The notes under the pieces were generated by a model, which made no database searches, was not told the DNA's origin, and saw only the letters and a list, made by a program, of their open reading frames with translations. A DNA stretch of 41,888 nt, taken from the NCBI GenBank assembly GCA_043381765.1, contig JBHJMP010000381.1:1-41888 (forward strand), written 5' to 3'. This DNA comes from Collodictyon triciliatum (Eukaryota). The position numbers and the translations under genes are program-made. Shown here one piece after another: positions 10,701-31,695 of the stretch. The stretch's first letter is position 1, and every line of letters begins with the position of its first letter.

Positions 10701-13700
10701 ATACGCCAGTCCAATTATTCTTTTCTTTTCGCGTTACCTGTACAACAATGGTATCTAAAATTACTTAATTACACAAAGAAGAGATAAAGTGTGGTGGTCT
10801 GGTTGATGGCAACATTCTTACTTTGATCGGCTTTCATCGTCCGAGTGAAGCAAAAACCCGACAATCAGTGTTATAACGGCGTGTGGGCTATGCAAGATTC
10901 CCTTCTTATGCGGGGCAGGTGAAGAAAATACACGCGATTTAGGCAAGTTAGAAGGGGGGTTTGTTGACTCTGTTTGGGTGTTGTCCTCTCCATTCGAAGG
11001 TTGAGTTGATGTTGTTATTGGTGCGGGGGTTTTCATCTGTGAGATTGACACGACATCTTTCTCATCGATGCTCAAAACATTGAGAGCCGCTTGCTTGAAC
11101 ACAGCTGGATTGCGACACACAATATCTGACATAGAATTATAATAAAGATTATCTGAATGTAAACTGCATGTGCAGTATGTTATTATTCTTCGACCCAAAG
11201 AATTGTTTCAACTTAACCACATGCCCTCCATAGAATAGGGCCGAAGTTCAAACCATATACATACATGAGGTTATATGAAAGTTACCTGCAAGCTCTTTCA
11301 ACATCTTGTTGACGTCAGGAGTTCCGCGGTACCCTCGCTTTTGGTTGGTAAAGTACTAAAATATGATCGTTTATATGAGTGGTATGGACTATGGCTTGCA
11401 GTTTCATGTTTGATGGCATTACCAGTTTGATTTCAAGCTCCATGGCTGCTTGCAGAAGAGACGGCTCTTCAATGCAGTGCTTCACAATTGTCATAAAGTA
11501 TGTAGGAAATCCAACAAATGTAGCATCCGAAGACAACGACAACAACGCAGCAATTCCGTTGCTCTTTACAAACTACAATAGCCAGTAAAATTTCATGCAT
11601 ATGTTACGCGCACCCAATGTTTGGAAAAAAATCTTAACGAAGGAATGATGAAAAGGATAAAGACTGCTTTCTCTCAGTCATGTAAACTTACTTCAACGGC
11701 CACATCATATTTCTGGCTGAGCTTCGCAATCAAAAAAAGGAGCGGATGAAGAATGGTTCCACGATGGGGCAGCCGAAGCAGGTCAGCACATGCCTGAATA
11801 AGATTGATTTCTTGCTCAATCCGGAGATATTCTACAGCCCCTTTTTCTCGACTCTCTGATGTTTCTCTGCAGTGAATAACATGGAGAAAGCGTTCCGGTT
11901 AGTCATGCAAAGAGTTCAATTTCTTTCTTCAAATGCGATTCAATGATTCAGTTGCGATGGTGGTGGACAAATGACTTACTTTTTTGATGTTTCCAGTGTC
12001 GATTCCACATAGCATCGGGCAATGTGAAGAGCGTGCCCCAACCAATTCGGTGATGGGTCTTGGTGGATTCCTGAAACGTGCCATTTTAGAGCATAGGAAA
12101 AAATAAATAATTGCTGATATATGTTTTGAACTCATTGATTAAGAACCTTCTGCGGTATTTCCTGGTAGGTGGCATATGCGATGGTGAAGCACGGCATCGA
12201 TTATAAGGGGATAGGCCTCAGTTTTTTCTGGTGAAAGGAGAAGATTAAAAAATAAAAATAAAATCGTTTCATCATCCTGGAACTCAAAAGAAATGATGTT
12301 ATCAAGAATCGAACGGTTTCATACGAAAGACCATCCGGCTTTCCATATCCTGTTGCAAGAAGATACCGAGGACAGTCAATAACGAGTTTATATTGTCGGC
12401 TTTATTCTCTGTCGATCTGCACGGAGTTTGTTTGAAAGGTCAGAACTCGGTCATACTTTGAATAGTGGTATATTCAAAAGAGAAAAGAAAATTTTGATAT
12501 GATAATTGATTTTGTATCAAATTTATCCAGTTTATTAATGCAGTAGGCGATTCGAACCTAAATTCGGTGACAAGCGATTCACAGATCTTATTGATGATAG
12601 TCGCTCGCTCAAGTCCATTGGGTAAGTGAGATGCTTGAAGAAGGAGGCGAGAAATGATTACTTCGAGGTCCTACATAGCATTTGTTACGACAGTCAGTAC
12701 CCAAAGCCCCGGTAGCGAACGAGAAATTTCCAAATCATTCATTAGTATCTGGATGAATAAATGGAATTTACTTTGACAGATAACAGTAGGCGTGTTGATG
12801 TAGATAAAAGGTCATCCTTGAGAGCGGAGAGCAAGTCAAACGGAGCCGTTTTTTCATCAGTCATAGCGGAATCTGAGAAAGAAGAAGAACTTTTTATCTA
12901 ACTCCTAAGAAATACACTCTGTGTGCCCATGTCATGGATTCAACCCAAACATAAAAGAGAAAAGCTAAGAGAAAGGCAAAAAGAAAAGCAAAAAGAAAAG
13001 CAAAAAGAAAAGCAAAAAGAAAAGCAAAAAGAAAAGGAAAAGAAGGCAGTTCTTGACATACTTTTAGTACTTTCTTCGAGAGAGATTTGTATTGCCTTTG
13101 TGAGCTCATCCTGTTTGAAAAAGGGTTCATCATATCATGTTAATTTTTTGGGTGACTTCATTCCCACGATGTTGCTTCCTGAGTTGAACGTATAGCCATC
13201 CCTTTACATCATTATTTCCTTTTTCTTTTCTTACCTCGTCTATGTTTTCAGGCTGATTTACCAAAGTGAGAATCACATTTGTTAGCTCCTCCACGTTATC
13301 TTGCATGCACTAAAATTCCGTTTTATTTTCGAAATAAGAAAAAAGAAGGTAAATTATATAAAAAAATAATATGAAAAAATGAACGTGAGAAAAGAAATCA
13401 AGTACCATCGCAAACGCTTTCGATATTTGTGCCTCGGTGAATCCCATCGCAGTCAGTTGCGAAACCGTTTGGTGACGAGGAAGGTTACGAGAAACGGGCG
13501 GTGTGGGATTTATAACCTGTCGGGATGTTTCAGAATAAAAAAAAAAGTTTACCTATCACAACAGACATGGAACATTAAGTCACGCTTTTCAAAAGATACA
13601 AGGCAGCTTGGTCGTTCATTCCTTGCATTTATCAAAGATTGTTAAAATTCACCTTGGGTTCTTTCACTTCTTCTGGTTTTACTTGGAGCAATATCGTAGT

Positions 13701-16700
13701 CAGTGAGAAAAACGACCTAGGAGAGAAAAACATCGTTTAATACGTAGACGGTGATGAGTGCGACAGATGTGCAGGAAGTATCTTAAGAAAATGAAAAGGT
13801 TGGGTTAATTAATCCGCTCTTATCCGCACTTGATAAATTTGGATGAACACATTCCCACAGATGGGTCGGTCCAAAAAGACCGAATCACGCGGAGAATTGA
13901 TCGATGGACCGAGTCCATAAAGGAGGAGAAATCTACATATGACATTTAATAACAAAAGAATCAATATATTTTGCTTACACTTGCAGTTCGTGACATACTT
14001 TACATTATTGCAAATGAAACGGCTGATTCAACAGTATTATAGGATTTTTATTGATATCATGACTCGAACCATTAGTTGAATCTTGAGTGCCCAACCGGTT
14101 GAGTCTATTCGTTGCCATAGCGTTTTTGGGGGCTGTACATGTCGCAAGAGGAAACATCCATGAATATCATCGAATTAAAAATGACGTCAATGACTATACC
14201 GAATATGATTCAGGAGGGAAATAATATACCTGACATGACCCTTTCAAAAAACATTCCGAAGCTATAAGAGATAAATTATGAATAAAGTGAAAATGCAACA
14301 CAAATAAACTCAGAAACATCACCAGAGTATTTAGGATGAAATATTTATCATTTGATGTAATTTCGCTTTACCTTTCCAGAGCATGGTGAAATGAGATTAT
14401 TTTGCTTTGTGGTAATACAGCTGGCTCTGTTGCTACCCCACTATTTTATATCAACGTTGCACATTTAACTTTATTTCTTTGAAAAAAGCAGAAGAAAAAT
14501 AGAGACCGAAACAAACATTTCAGAGGATTGGTGTACATAATTTCATCAGATTATGTGTAAATGTATTGTTTTACCTTGGAATCTCAGTCGCTGGCCCAAT
14601 TGATGATACAACTCGAAGTAAGTTATCCAATTGAGTAATGAGATTATCTAGACCGTTCTTGTTGGTAAAGTCTCGAAGAAGTAGAATGTTTGTCTGGTGA
14701 TTCCGCTCTGGATTAAGTGGATTATATATCAGTGATAAATCCAATTTGGTGTCTAGCTTATGCATCTCAGAGTAGGATGTGATTCGAATTTTAGAGAGCA
14801 CGACATCTTACCATATAAAAGCCAAGTGAGGACGACTAGAACCTTGCTAATGTACTCATAAAATGCCTCATTATCTTTTGAACATCGTTCTGTGTTGAGT
14901 TGTGGAATCGATACCATCATGTTACTTTAAGGCATAAATTATGGAAGAGAATTCACAACTTGTCTGACACAATTGGGTATATCGATTGAGATACGCATGA
15001 ATCACAAGCTAAACTACCCACTTTGTGCTTGTATGCGGTCGATTAGTTGCGGTGTTGAGCGTTAACATAAAAATAAAACAAAATTGGAACTTGACAACGA
15101 ACCGAGATGTTTTGCATCAACAAGACTAATAACAGAAGAGCACAGAGCCTGCGCAAGAAGAGATTCATTTGAGGGTGCGCCTCCTTTCTCATCACGTCTG
15201 CGCGGTTTCACTATCTTGCATAAAGCTACAAAAGGTTGCGTCCACACGTTAATCTCATGAATGTTGATTTACCGAGAGAAGCATTAAGCATATCCCGTGA
15301 TATATATATATATAATAGAGACTGAGAAAGAAGAATAAGAAAAATATGTTAATATGTATGCTAATGAAGAAAAGAGGATAAAATCACCGAAAAGAAAGTG
15401 GAATATGGAGTTTGTGGGATGCTGCAAAATCCTTCGAAGGCTGAAGATAGACGGCTCAGCTGATTTCTTTGACGGGTCGATTGTTGGTTCGTTGACTTCT
15501 ACATGCATATATGTGGATATTGTGTTGGCAGATGTTTAAAATTGCATGTTTGCTGGTCTGCTCTAAAAGGGTACAACTTCGCACCTATAAGTAGCGCAGG
15601 GGCCACCTCAGCATTTGTGGCAGCCTGTTCATTTTCATTGTCGGCTTCTACGTAGCAAACAATAGTGATCAGTAATTTCTGACACAGACAACGCAGTTTC
15701 CTTTCGCCTTGGGTCAGGTATATAAAAACAACAAAAACAACAAAAACAACAAAAACAAAACAAAAAAAAAACGACGTGACAAGAGAAGAAACGAAAAACC
15801 AAACCCATCAACTCGTGCTCCATATGTGCTTCCGTCTTCTTCAACTCAGGAATTTCAGTGATGGTTAGGCCTTCGCATGATGTTCGATTCAGCGTTTTGT
15901 TTTGGGACCTTTCCCATACGAGATTACTATACAGCTTTCCGAGCTTCGTCAGCATCGAAAACGATTTCTTTGCCCAAATCTCCACTACGGATTTCGGGTC
16001 CACTGAGCTGCGAGAACATTCCTGGATAGCCCGATATGTTGTTTTTAATATGCCTCTTCGATTAATAAGCATGGATATTCGAATTTTTCAATCAGGCTTA
16101 ATTTCGTGAGACATGTACATTGAAGTACCTGAACAGCGACAGTTAATCCAGAAGCGTGTCCCCCCACGATACTCAAATGAATGATGATTTGGTCAAACTC
16201 GGCTATATATAGGAGATTGAATGTAAAAAAAAAAAAATGTAATTTCATTTCTTTCCTAACGAGTAACATGAATGAATATGGACTTCAATTGACTAGTTTA
16301 TGGATATTAGTCGAAAAGTTTGTATTAAGAGCCACGCGATGAAGTGATACCATCAGTGAAACCAACAAGAGGTTGGGGCTCGTCATTCATAAAGTGCCAG
16401 GTTTTATTGAGCTCCTCCAGCGTCTCCTCGAATGTTAAGATGAGCTTTTCCTGCGTAATCGGCAAATGGTGTAAGATCATGGATATGTATCATATGTATA
16501 TACCGTTTGTTATGCATATTGACATTTCTTCATAATCGAAGTAAAGGGGAAGAACACGAAAGCTTTTTTGATTTAGGTGTCGAGAGCACATTAAATGTGG
16601 CACCTGGACGACAGATGACTTGCTATTGCACATTGTTTTGATGAGATTGGATATGACTTTGTGAGTGGGAACTATTTGGGGGTCGTTACGACGACGGGGG

Positions 16701-17645
16701 AAGGAATACAGTCTGTTTTGTGCATGAAAAAAAAAAAAAAACGTCAAAATCGTTAGCTTGCGCTCTGTTCTATGATGACAAAAATATTCTAGCGATGTTA
16801 TATGTCTGCATTTGGGTTTAATTCTGAGAAATTGAGATGACCTTAGAATACGCTCGAGACCTTGAGCCTCCATGAATAGGGTGCAGTGAGATGAACTTTG
16901 CAGAATGTTCTCGAGAGCCTTGTTATGATAGCTATAAGTGCTCTACTTTTCTTCATTTTATTTTCTAGTGTTCAATGAAATGTGTGTTGGGGTTCGAATG
17001 ATATAATTACCTTGCAAACAAAACCTATGTATGATACAACGTTTGTGATATGTTTTTCAGCAGATGCCACATCCGCGGGTGTTTCCTTAGAAAACTCGAT
17101 TATTCGGTCCAGCATCTGCAACAAGGGATTGTGAGAAGAAAGCATAGGATACAAAGAAACGCATTTGAGAAATAATCATTACGGTGGATACTATAAAGCC
17201 TAACATTAATTGCTCCTCTGATTCCTGGTTCCTTCAGACTGGAGTGGTGCCTCAGCAGCTCATCTACACCGGCCCCGAATTGGGAAGCAAGGTCGTTTGT
17301 GATGCATCCGGAATATTTTGGTGAGTATAGCACAAGGTAGATCTGGTCAAATAAATTCCGCTTCTCAATTTCCGCCCGACCCTCGTCGTTTAGACACAAA
17401 GCTGTGAGAATATTTGGAATGTTTCTGATCACGTCCTGGGATGGAATGATTCCGTCTCGCCACGAATCCAGAATTGTGCTAGCAAGACCATTTTCTTGCA
17501 GTGTTGGGAGCAGAGTTGGCTCCGAGTGTATTAAGGACGATACGTTTGAGAGAACTGTGATGGCGAGAATGTGGAAGAGAAAACACAATGAAAATAAGAT
17601 TGGAATTGGAAGGATTCATCGGCTGGGCAAAAAAAATAAAAAAAA

Positions 17646-17677
<32 letters not shown>

Positions 17678-20600
17678 AATAAAAAAAATAAAAAAAATAA
17701 AAAAAATAAAAAAAATAAAAAAAATAGAAAAAATGAGGAAATTATGTTTTAAACTATTTGCACGGCAACTAACCAGTGGACACATTTGCAGCGCCACAAA
17801 AGCTACGATGTGTCAGGATGTCGCAAAGCGATGCAGATAATGTTGTGCTGAAGGCATTTCGAAGGCGGCCGATTCCTATTATAAAATATGAGTAAATTAC
17901 GGTGCATCAATGTATCGCCTCGTGAGAGGGTTATAACTTTATGAGACAGAAAACAGAAGAGTTGATCACCTTGTGACCGCAGAGAGGTATTCAAACATCG
18001 AAGCATAGTCTTCAATAAAAGTCGACGCGGAAGTGGTGCAACCAAGCTTTCTTGTTCTGTTTCATTAATGAATGAGTTTCTTGGCTTTGTTGAGATGGGA
18101 ATATATGGTGAATAGAAATATTAAGGAAAGAAAATAAGGGTGTTGAGCGTTAATTTTGTATGGAAAATATCCTTCTATTTTTTATTTTTTTACCTGGTGT
18201 GAGCGGTTCGGTGTTCCTGTAGAAAGGACATGCACTTAAAATGATGTCCACCTCAATCTAAATGTGATAAGTAGCATGAGGTATTGAAAGCAGGATGGAT
18301 ATAACAGTATGCGATGTCTAATGCTCGGCTCATCTCTCTTGTATACATAATTTCATTTAGTTTTTATCTCTTTGAATTTAGTTATCTTCACCTTGATTCT
18401 TTCTATGATATCGGTCAAAGCCGAAGCTTCATGAAAGGATTTCAAGGAATCTTCAGATAATTCCATGGAGGCGTCGATAATTCTCAAGGCATGCGTCACA
18501 AACTAGAATCAAGCGAAGCAACCAAATCAAAATTGAGCGGAATGAAATAGTTGAGCAGAATGTAGAATCCAATAACTATTTGGTTATCGTCAATTAATAA
18601 GGTACGGGGATATGTGATTCTTCAGTGTCCTTGATGAGGGGAAGCAGGCATGAGAAGATACCAGAAAGACTGATTCCCGGGGCTTCCTATTGGCCCAAGT
18701 GAAGAAATATATATTTTTTTTTAAAAGAAAACTTTTTTGCTTTCAGTTCATGCTAAATAATAGAAATCAACTTTTGCATATTGCATGCTTTAGTAAGGTT
18801 TCATGAAAGTCATTTAAAGATTTTTATCTAGCTTTTCTTACGATGGGAGAGTAAATGTGCGTGATGATGAGAGAAAATAGGGCGTCGATGTATTTTCCGT
18901 TTACGTATTCAACTTCGGAGGTTGTTCCTAGTATTATTCTGTTAGCTTTATGTGGAAACAACATGATTAGGAAGGCTGGTAGCGATGGTAGAACAAATGG
19001 AGGGATGAGAACAGCATATATTCACCCATCAGATTTGAGACGACACGACGGACAGCATAAGGCAGTATTCCATAATGCGAGGATGCTCCCAACGGGTGGA
19101 AAATGTTTCCATATCGATTACATTCATATGCCATCGCGTTGAGACCAAGTAAGGCTCCGGTACGAATTTCCTTGACGATGATATATATTAGAAATGACTA
19201 GGTGATTAAGCCTTCTGAATTCTGACAATGCCCTTTGCATGAACAGCGTAAACAACACGAGAGAGAAGAAAATAAAGTGTGCAAATACTCACAATCGGTA
19301 TGTTTTTCTCAGGCCGGAGAAGATCGATCAAATCTGTCACAATTTCAGACTCCCTCAAGAAAAGTGAAGTCATCATATCTCTCTCAGGTGACGATTGGAC
19401 TATTTTAAACAAAATTGACGATGAGATAACGAAGGTGGATAGAAATCGCGTTCATGCAGACCTTAGACCAAGTTCTGAATAATATCAACAACAATAATAA
19501 TAACAATAACACTAATTTTAATACTGGAGCAGAAAAACGGCAATATACCAAAGACAGAGAGAGCTTGCATCCGCAGCAGACAAGCTCTCTGTCGTAAATC
19601 ATCGTTCAAGGACATGAGACCGATTCTTAGTTTTGAAAGGAATTCAAAGTTTTGCTCCTCAGTAGTTTGATAGACTCGATGTACCGATCTGATAATCTCT
19701 ATCAGATCACTGTTTGTCTCGGCATTCTCTACTTTGTGGAATCTGTAATTGATGTGTTCATCTGCGCGTGCCTTCTGGTCGGTGGTGAACTTGAAGATAA
19801 GAGAAAGTTCATTCTGATGCACGAAGGGAATTATGGGAAGCACGCTTTTTGAGTGGTCTCTCTTTTTCTTGAAGTTCAAAATCACCATGCTCATTTGGTC
19901 GAGGAGCTGATGAAATTTGTTTGTAGTAAAACGTTACAAGACGGAGATACTATTACGACATAGAGAAAGAAGAAGAAAAAACATGATAGATGACAAAAGA
20001 AATGTGTCGATACCCGATATTGAAACATTCGTGACTGGATGAAATACAAAATTGATAATAAAAAATAAAAAAAAGAAACCTCGCATGTCAATTTGGATGG
20101 CTTTTCACAACAGTTAGCGAGACCTAGTCCATCCTCGCGGCCACCCCAGCCTTGGCAAATGTAGAATAATCTCCTTTGCAAGGAAATATTGTTGTGGGCG
20201 CCGGTCGTTCGGTTTGGGTGTGATTGGCTACGCTTCACAAGAAGATGGAGAGTTTCCAAGGCAAGGCCGACGATTTCGAGATTGTCGCTCGCGAGAAGAG
20301 CAACCAGATGCTGGATATGATAAATATTTTTTGAATACTTGGCACCTCATTTCATCCAGCTTTCTAATTTTTCTTGATGGTATATGTGTGGTATCGTGGT
20401 TTGGATCGCATTGTTTTCGTGCGCACGTCGGATTCAGACTTTTCTCGGGAATTGCTAGACAACAAACCTCCACAGATCCGTACGTGGATTTCCCGCTGCA
20501 GTTTTCGAATAACGCACACGTCAGCTTGAGGCACCCAAGGACGATGTTTGCGGGAAATGAGTGAAAGTTGGGGACTTTGATGGTGATTTTGTCTGGCTCG

Positions 20601-21103
20601 TCTTTTGATTGCGTTTCTTGAAGCTTCTTTGCTCTTTTTTCCAGTAGTGATGTTTCTTCTTCAATTGTCAGTGCACAAAATGGTGTGGCCGCCTCCAGAA
20701 TTTCGTCGATATAATCAACAACATCATTCCAGTGATTCAAATCCACCTACGCCGATTCACAATTGAAATGTTCTGAAATATCGAGTCATAGTGTGCTGTT
20801 AGGAGAATGTGAACATGGTTGTTGGGGATTGTGCGTACTTTGTCGAATGAGAGGCGAGTGTTTGTCAGTCCCCATTTGCTGAGTTCCTCTGGTGTATATT
20901 TAAGAAGCTGTTCGATGACTATCTTTTGCGAATCGGGCTGCAGAATGTGATTTCATAAGGAAAAGTGACGAGACAATCTTCGCTTGAGCAGAATGAAAGA
21001 AAATATTTGGGCCATTTCATTCCTATGACCCAGCGAGGGCAACTAAGGATGAACTTACGGGCTCTCCTATTCGACGAGAACTGGTCTGCTTCTTGGTCCT
21101 CAT
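203..21103 (-). CDS. HUWE1: HUWE1/Tom1/UPL1-family giant HECT E3 ubiquitin ligase, about 64 exons in window, 3'-incomplete (catalytic Cys region lies beyond position 1)
   Basis: Hand-spliced GT-AG exons keep one frame from ATG at 21103 (MRTKKQTSSRRIGEP|PDSQK...DK|VDLNHWNDVVDYIDEIL). Armadillo-like DUF908/DUF913 motifs follow (YGSVE|HLVALLASDNLEIV, CQGWGGREDGLGL, IHSEPTLLPTLQENGL, GVDELLRHHSSLK), then UBA+UIM, an acidic region, LDEKSILSILRVLFLPQPL, DHRQLLNDLIR, LLTFDNKR, and the HECT domain. Recognition is from recalled family motifs, not a database search. Confidence 0.96.
4457..4528. repeat. (GAAAAA)x12 intronic microsatellite
   Basis: Directly visible; lies in the HUWE1 intron whose GT donor is at 4595-4594. 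Confidence 0.95.
6725..6885. repeat. 7-mer tandem repeat: (GAACAAA)x9 then (GGACAAA)x14, intronic
   Basis: Counted from sequence; lies in the intron 6935-6581 between the two giant HUWE1 exons. Confidence 0.95.
9103..9354. repeat. 12-mer tandem repeat: (AAAAATAAGAAT)x12 then (AAAAACAAGAAT)x9, intronic
   Basis: Counted from sequence; HUWE1 intron. Confidence 0.95.
12955..13042. repeat. (GAAAAGCAAAAA)n-type intronic repeat
   Basis: Directly visible, with degenerate edge copies. Confidence 0.9.
13062..13516 (-). other. UBA domain followed by UIM, within HUWE1-like gene (3 exons: 13516-13406, 13309-13235, 13110-13062)
   Basis: VSQLTAMGFTEAQISKAFAM|CMQDNVEELTNVILTL (MGF motif), then DE|DELTKAIQISLEES (UIM pattern acidic-L-x-x-A-I-x-x-S-L). 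Confidence 0.85.
17628..17733. repeat. (A7-8T)n intronic low-complexity repeat
   Basis: Directly visible. Confidence 0.9.
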
Positions 21104-22447
21104 CCTACGGGATGTCTGTGGGTATAAGAGGAAAAAATAGCGGAGCTAAGGATGAGTTAATGAACTGCACAATTTTGGGCTGGATTTTGGGTTTAAAAGT
21201 GAGAGACAAACAAGGCGCTAGTAGGTTTTAGGAGGGGGTTTTCTGAATCTAACATGATTTTTACAATTGATTTTGATTGTTTCCGTAGAAAAATGGTTAT
21301 TCAGCTAGGCATATCATTTTCTGAAAAGTACACTTTCAACTCATGTGACTTTGGTGGAGGAAATTAAATAAGCTGGTATCTAAAAAAAAAAAAAAAAACA
21401 TGGGGAAACCCGTAAACTCATGAAAACAACTGAGGCCGACTTCAGGAAGAATGTAAATTATTATCATATGGTTATTCTTGTTCTGTTTCTAGTCGCACAC
21501 AGCATTCTGCGGCAAAGAGACGTGCTATGTGACGCTGTGTAAAGTCATGCGGTTTCCCGCTTCTCCAAGGTGCTGTGTTTTCCAAAAGGAAATAGCGTGA
21601 ACAGTCATCGATTCAGTGCTGCAGGGCAATCTTCAGGCGTAGAAAAAGGCAGTATACGCGTAAGCGTTACTTTGTCTCCTTGTCCTCTTCCAATCTCACA
21701 AAAAAAAAAAAGAAGAAGAAGAAAAAAGAAACACATCCGACTTACAGCCCCCTCAAGCTCCAAAGTACGTAAGAAAGCGGAATTGATTATGCACACAAAC
21801 ATCACAGTGCCCAAAACCCTTCTCCTTGGCAGAGAAAGAGCACTGAAATCCCAACAAGTCGTGTTTCGCCAGCCGCTGAGCAGATCAGCCTTGCATTTCT
21901 GCCCACAGAGCAAAGGCGGTTTGTCTGCAGTTCAAAGCACAAGAACCGGTAATGCGTGACCTTTGCGATCGGCTTTGGAGTCCAATCATTCTCAATTCTT
22001 TCTTCTGCTTCTGCTTCTTCTCCTTCTTCTTCTTCTCCAGATCCTTCTTCCGCTTCTGATCTTTGGCCAAACACACTTTCTCGCCACCAAGCGCAACGAA
22101 AAATAAGCGAAGCGCACTAAGGAGCGAGATGTTTGGATTTTCGCCTCTGAGCTAGGCCAAATGCGCATTCAAAGAAAGCTTGCTCTTCTGGAATAAGCCA
22201 ATCACGGCCTGTTTCTCAGAAAAGCCCACAGAACAGTTCTGGCGCATCAAATCCACGGACTGTGGGTGATGGACATTTCCTATATGTGGACAAGGGTATA
22301 GCATGCTCTGCTAAATCCGAGGCAAAAACACCAAACCACCAGAAAGCGTGTGCTTATGAAAAAAAAAAAAGAAAAAGAAAAAAAGATAAAAGAAAATAAA
22401 AAGAAAAAGGAATAAAGAAAGAAGAAAGAATAGGCGAGGACTGGAGG

Positions 22448-22960
22448 ATGGATCCGTCGACCTTTATTCGCGGCATTTACCGAAGGCTTCTTCGCACCGG
22501 GCTTCATTATCCCCTCAAGTTCAACTCGAGCCACATCATCCTTGTCGGCAAGGAGCTTTTCCGCAGCGCGCCAGCTTCGGCCATCGCCCGAGGCGCAAAC
22601 ACAGTCTCATTCCTGCGCGACTCTATCAGCATCCCAGAGACTCGGGAAAGTCGGCATAGTTTCCGCCGCACAAGGACGCAGATTGTGCAGCAGGACATTG
22701 TCACAGCCATCACGCATCACGACCACCATCGAGCCAGAGAATGGGATGCTGTTCTCAAGAACCAGAAGCGCATTCGTCCTGCCTTCAAGCGCGTCCAAGA
22801 CGCAGCAAACTTGCAATGGGAAAGCACCCTTCGCCTGCTCCAGACTCGCCAGGACTTGAGCATCATTCATGGATGGTCCCGCTTCATGGAGCAGCCGCCA
22901 ACTGATAACCCAACCAAGCAGCAGCAAAAGCAATCGACAACGCAAAAAAATAAACAATAG
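22448..22960 (+). CDS. Atypical LYR-motif (Complex1_LYR-like) protein with long C-terminal extension; 3' end may be spliced further
   Basis: MDPSTFIRGIYRRLLRTGLHYP...VGKELFRS: IYR-x-LLR, aromatic at +12 and FR at +29/30, the spacing recalled for ISD11/LYRM4. GC-rich ORF flanked by A-rich tracts. The last ~28 codons are A-rich and could be intronic (possible donor TG|GTCC near 22875). Confidence 0.7.
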   Translation: MDPSTFIRGIYRRLLRTGLHYPLKFNSSHIILVGKELFRSAPASAIARGANTVSFLRDSISIPETRESRHSFRRTRTQIVQQDIVTAITHHDHHRAREWDAVLKNQKRIRPAFKRVQDAANLQWESTLRLLQTRQDLSIIHGWSRFMEQPPTDNPTKQQQKQSTTQKNKQ

Positions 22961-23598
22961 AGGTGCATGAAAAAAAAAAAACAAAGGGAAAAGTAAAGCA
23001 CTTCCCAAGCAGCATGATCTGCTCCTTCTTTGAATGAGAAAAGAAGAAGAAAAATATAAAATAGTGGTTAGTCGCCTTGTTTGGATAAAGTTGGCAAACC
23101 CCGAAGTTGGAAAGACGTTTTGCAACGTGCCAATATTTGAGCATATTCATTTCCTCTCCAGAAGTGTGAGTACGAGCTTCAGATACGCCAGCGGGTGAAA
23201 TCTTTCATCCAAGCACTATTTCTTTCAAAGATACTTTGTTTATATTTTGTTGATTTTCGTTGAAGCTAATATTCGATGAGGCATGTACAGTTTGCTATCG
23301 TTTTGCAGACCAAAAATTCATCACAAACTATATTAACAATGACAATAATATGATATTCATCTCTTGCAAACTGTGTAGCGCTTTTTAGAATTGCCAATTT
23401 TTTTGGTTTTTTTTTTTTTGCTAGGCGAGTCTCACTGAAGGCATAGCCCTTATGGTTTCTTGAAAGAAAAAAAAAGACTGAATATCCAGAATATTCATCG
23501 TCTTTATTATTTTTTTTTAACATGCTTTGATATATTGCTGAAATAATTAATAAGATATCGAGGCAATGAGCACTTCAGAAAAATGTCATTCTAAAAAA

Positions 23599-31254
<7,656 letters not shown>

Positions 31255-31637
31255 CGGCAAAGATTGCGCCCTGAGCGAAAAGCGTATTTGAGTCTCTAAA
31301 GTGGGTTCCTTTGAAGGCGCGTTGGTCGAGGCTGTGCAAACGGACGATCAGGAAGTAACTCTCGATTTGACAAGAGCACAAACGCGTCAGGTGATTCTAC
31401 CGAGTGTTGGTAAAGAACTAAAACATCGGGAAAACGCATTCTATAACTCCAATGTATTGATTATTATAATACTGATGTAATTATGGTGACGATTTTTAAT
31501 TCATAAGGGTTAAAATATTCAATTGAATCAAGTTTTCGATATTTAATTATAAATTCCTCTTCTTTTATATTCGTTAATTAGGGGCGCAGTGCGGCCGCCG
31601 AGGTAATTTGCAGTATCGCTACTTTGTCCCTGTCGTT

Positions 31638-31643
31638 TTTATT
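31638..31643 (-). promoter_or_regulatory. Candidate AATAAA polyadenylation signal of the LYRM2-like gene
   Basis: AATAAA about 55 nt downstream of the TAG stop; whether this organism uses this signal is unknown. Confidence 0.3.
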
Positions 31644-31695
31644 GCAGCTTCGAGCCGAGGCAAAAGGCGCGGAGCTTCATGGGCGCTCGTGGCTT

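Noticed and set aside
10731..10760. Internal TACAG|GTAAC site in a HUWE1 intron (recursive site or 17-nt micro-exon); similar AG|GT sites near 25655 and 33383
   Set aside because: Several such sites are expected by chance across about 100 introns, the frame is satisfied without them, and there is no supporting duplication
21570..22076. Short ORFs (K-rich, E-rich, 129 aa +) as a separate gene
   Set aside because: Non-ATG starts, GAA-repeat-driven composition and no recognisable homology; treated as probable leader or promoter sequence
31578..31695. GC-rich patch considered as snRNA, tRNA or SECIS
   Set aside because: No cloverleaf, snRNA motif or SECIS core could be built; best explained as LYRM2 3' UTR
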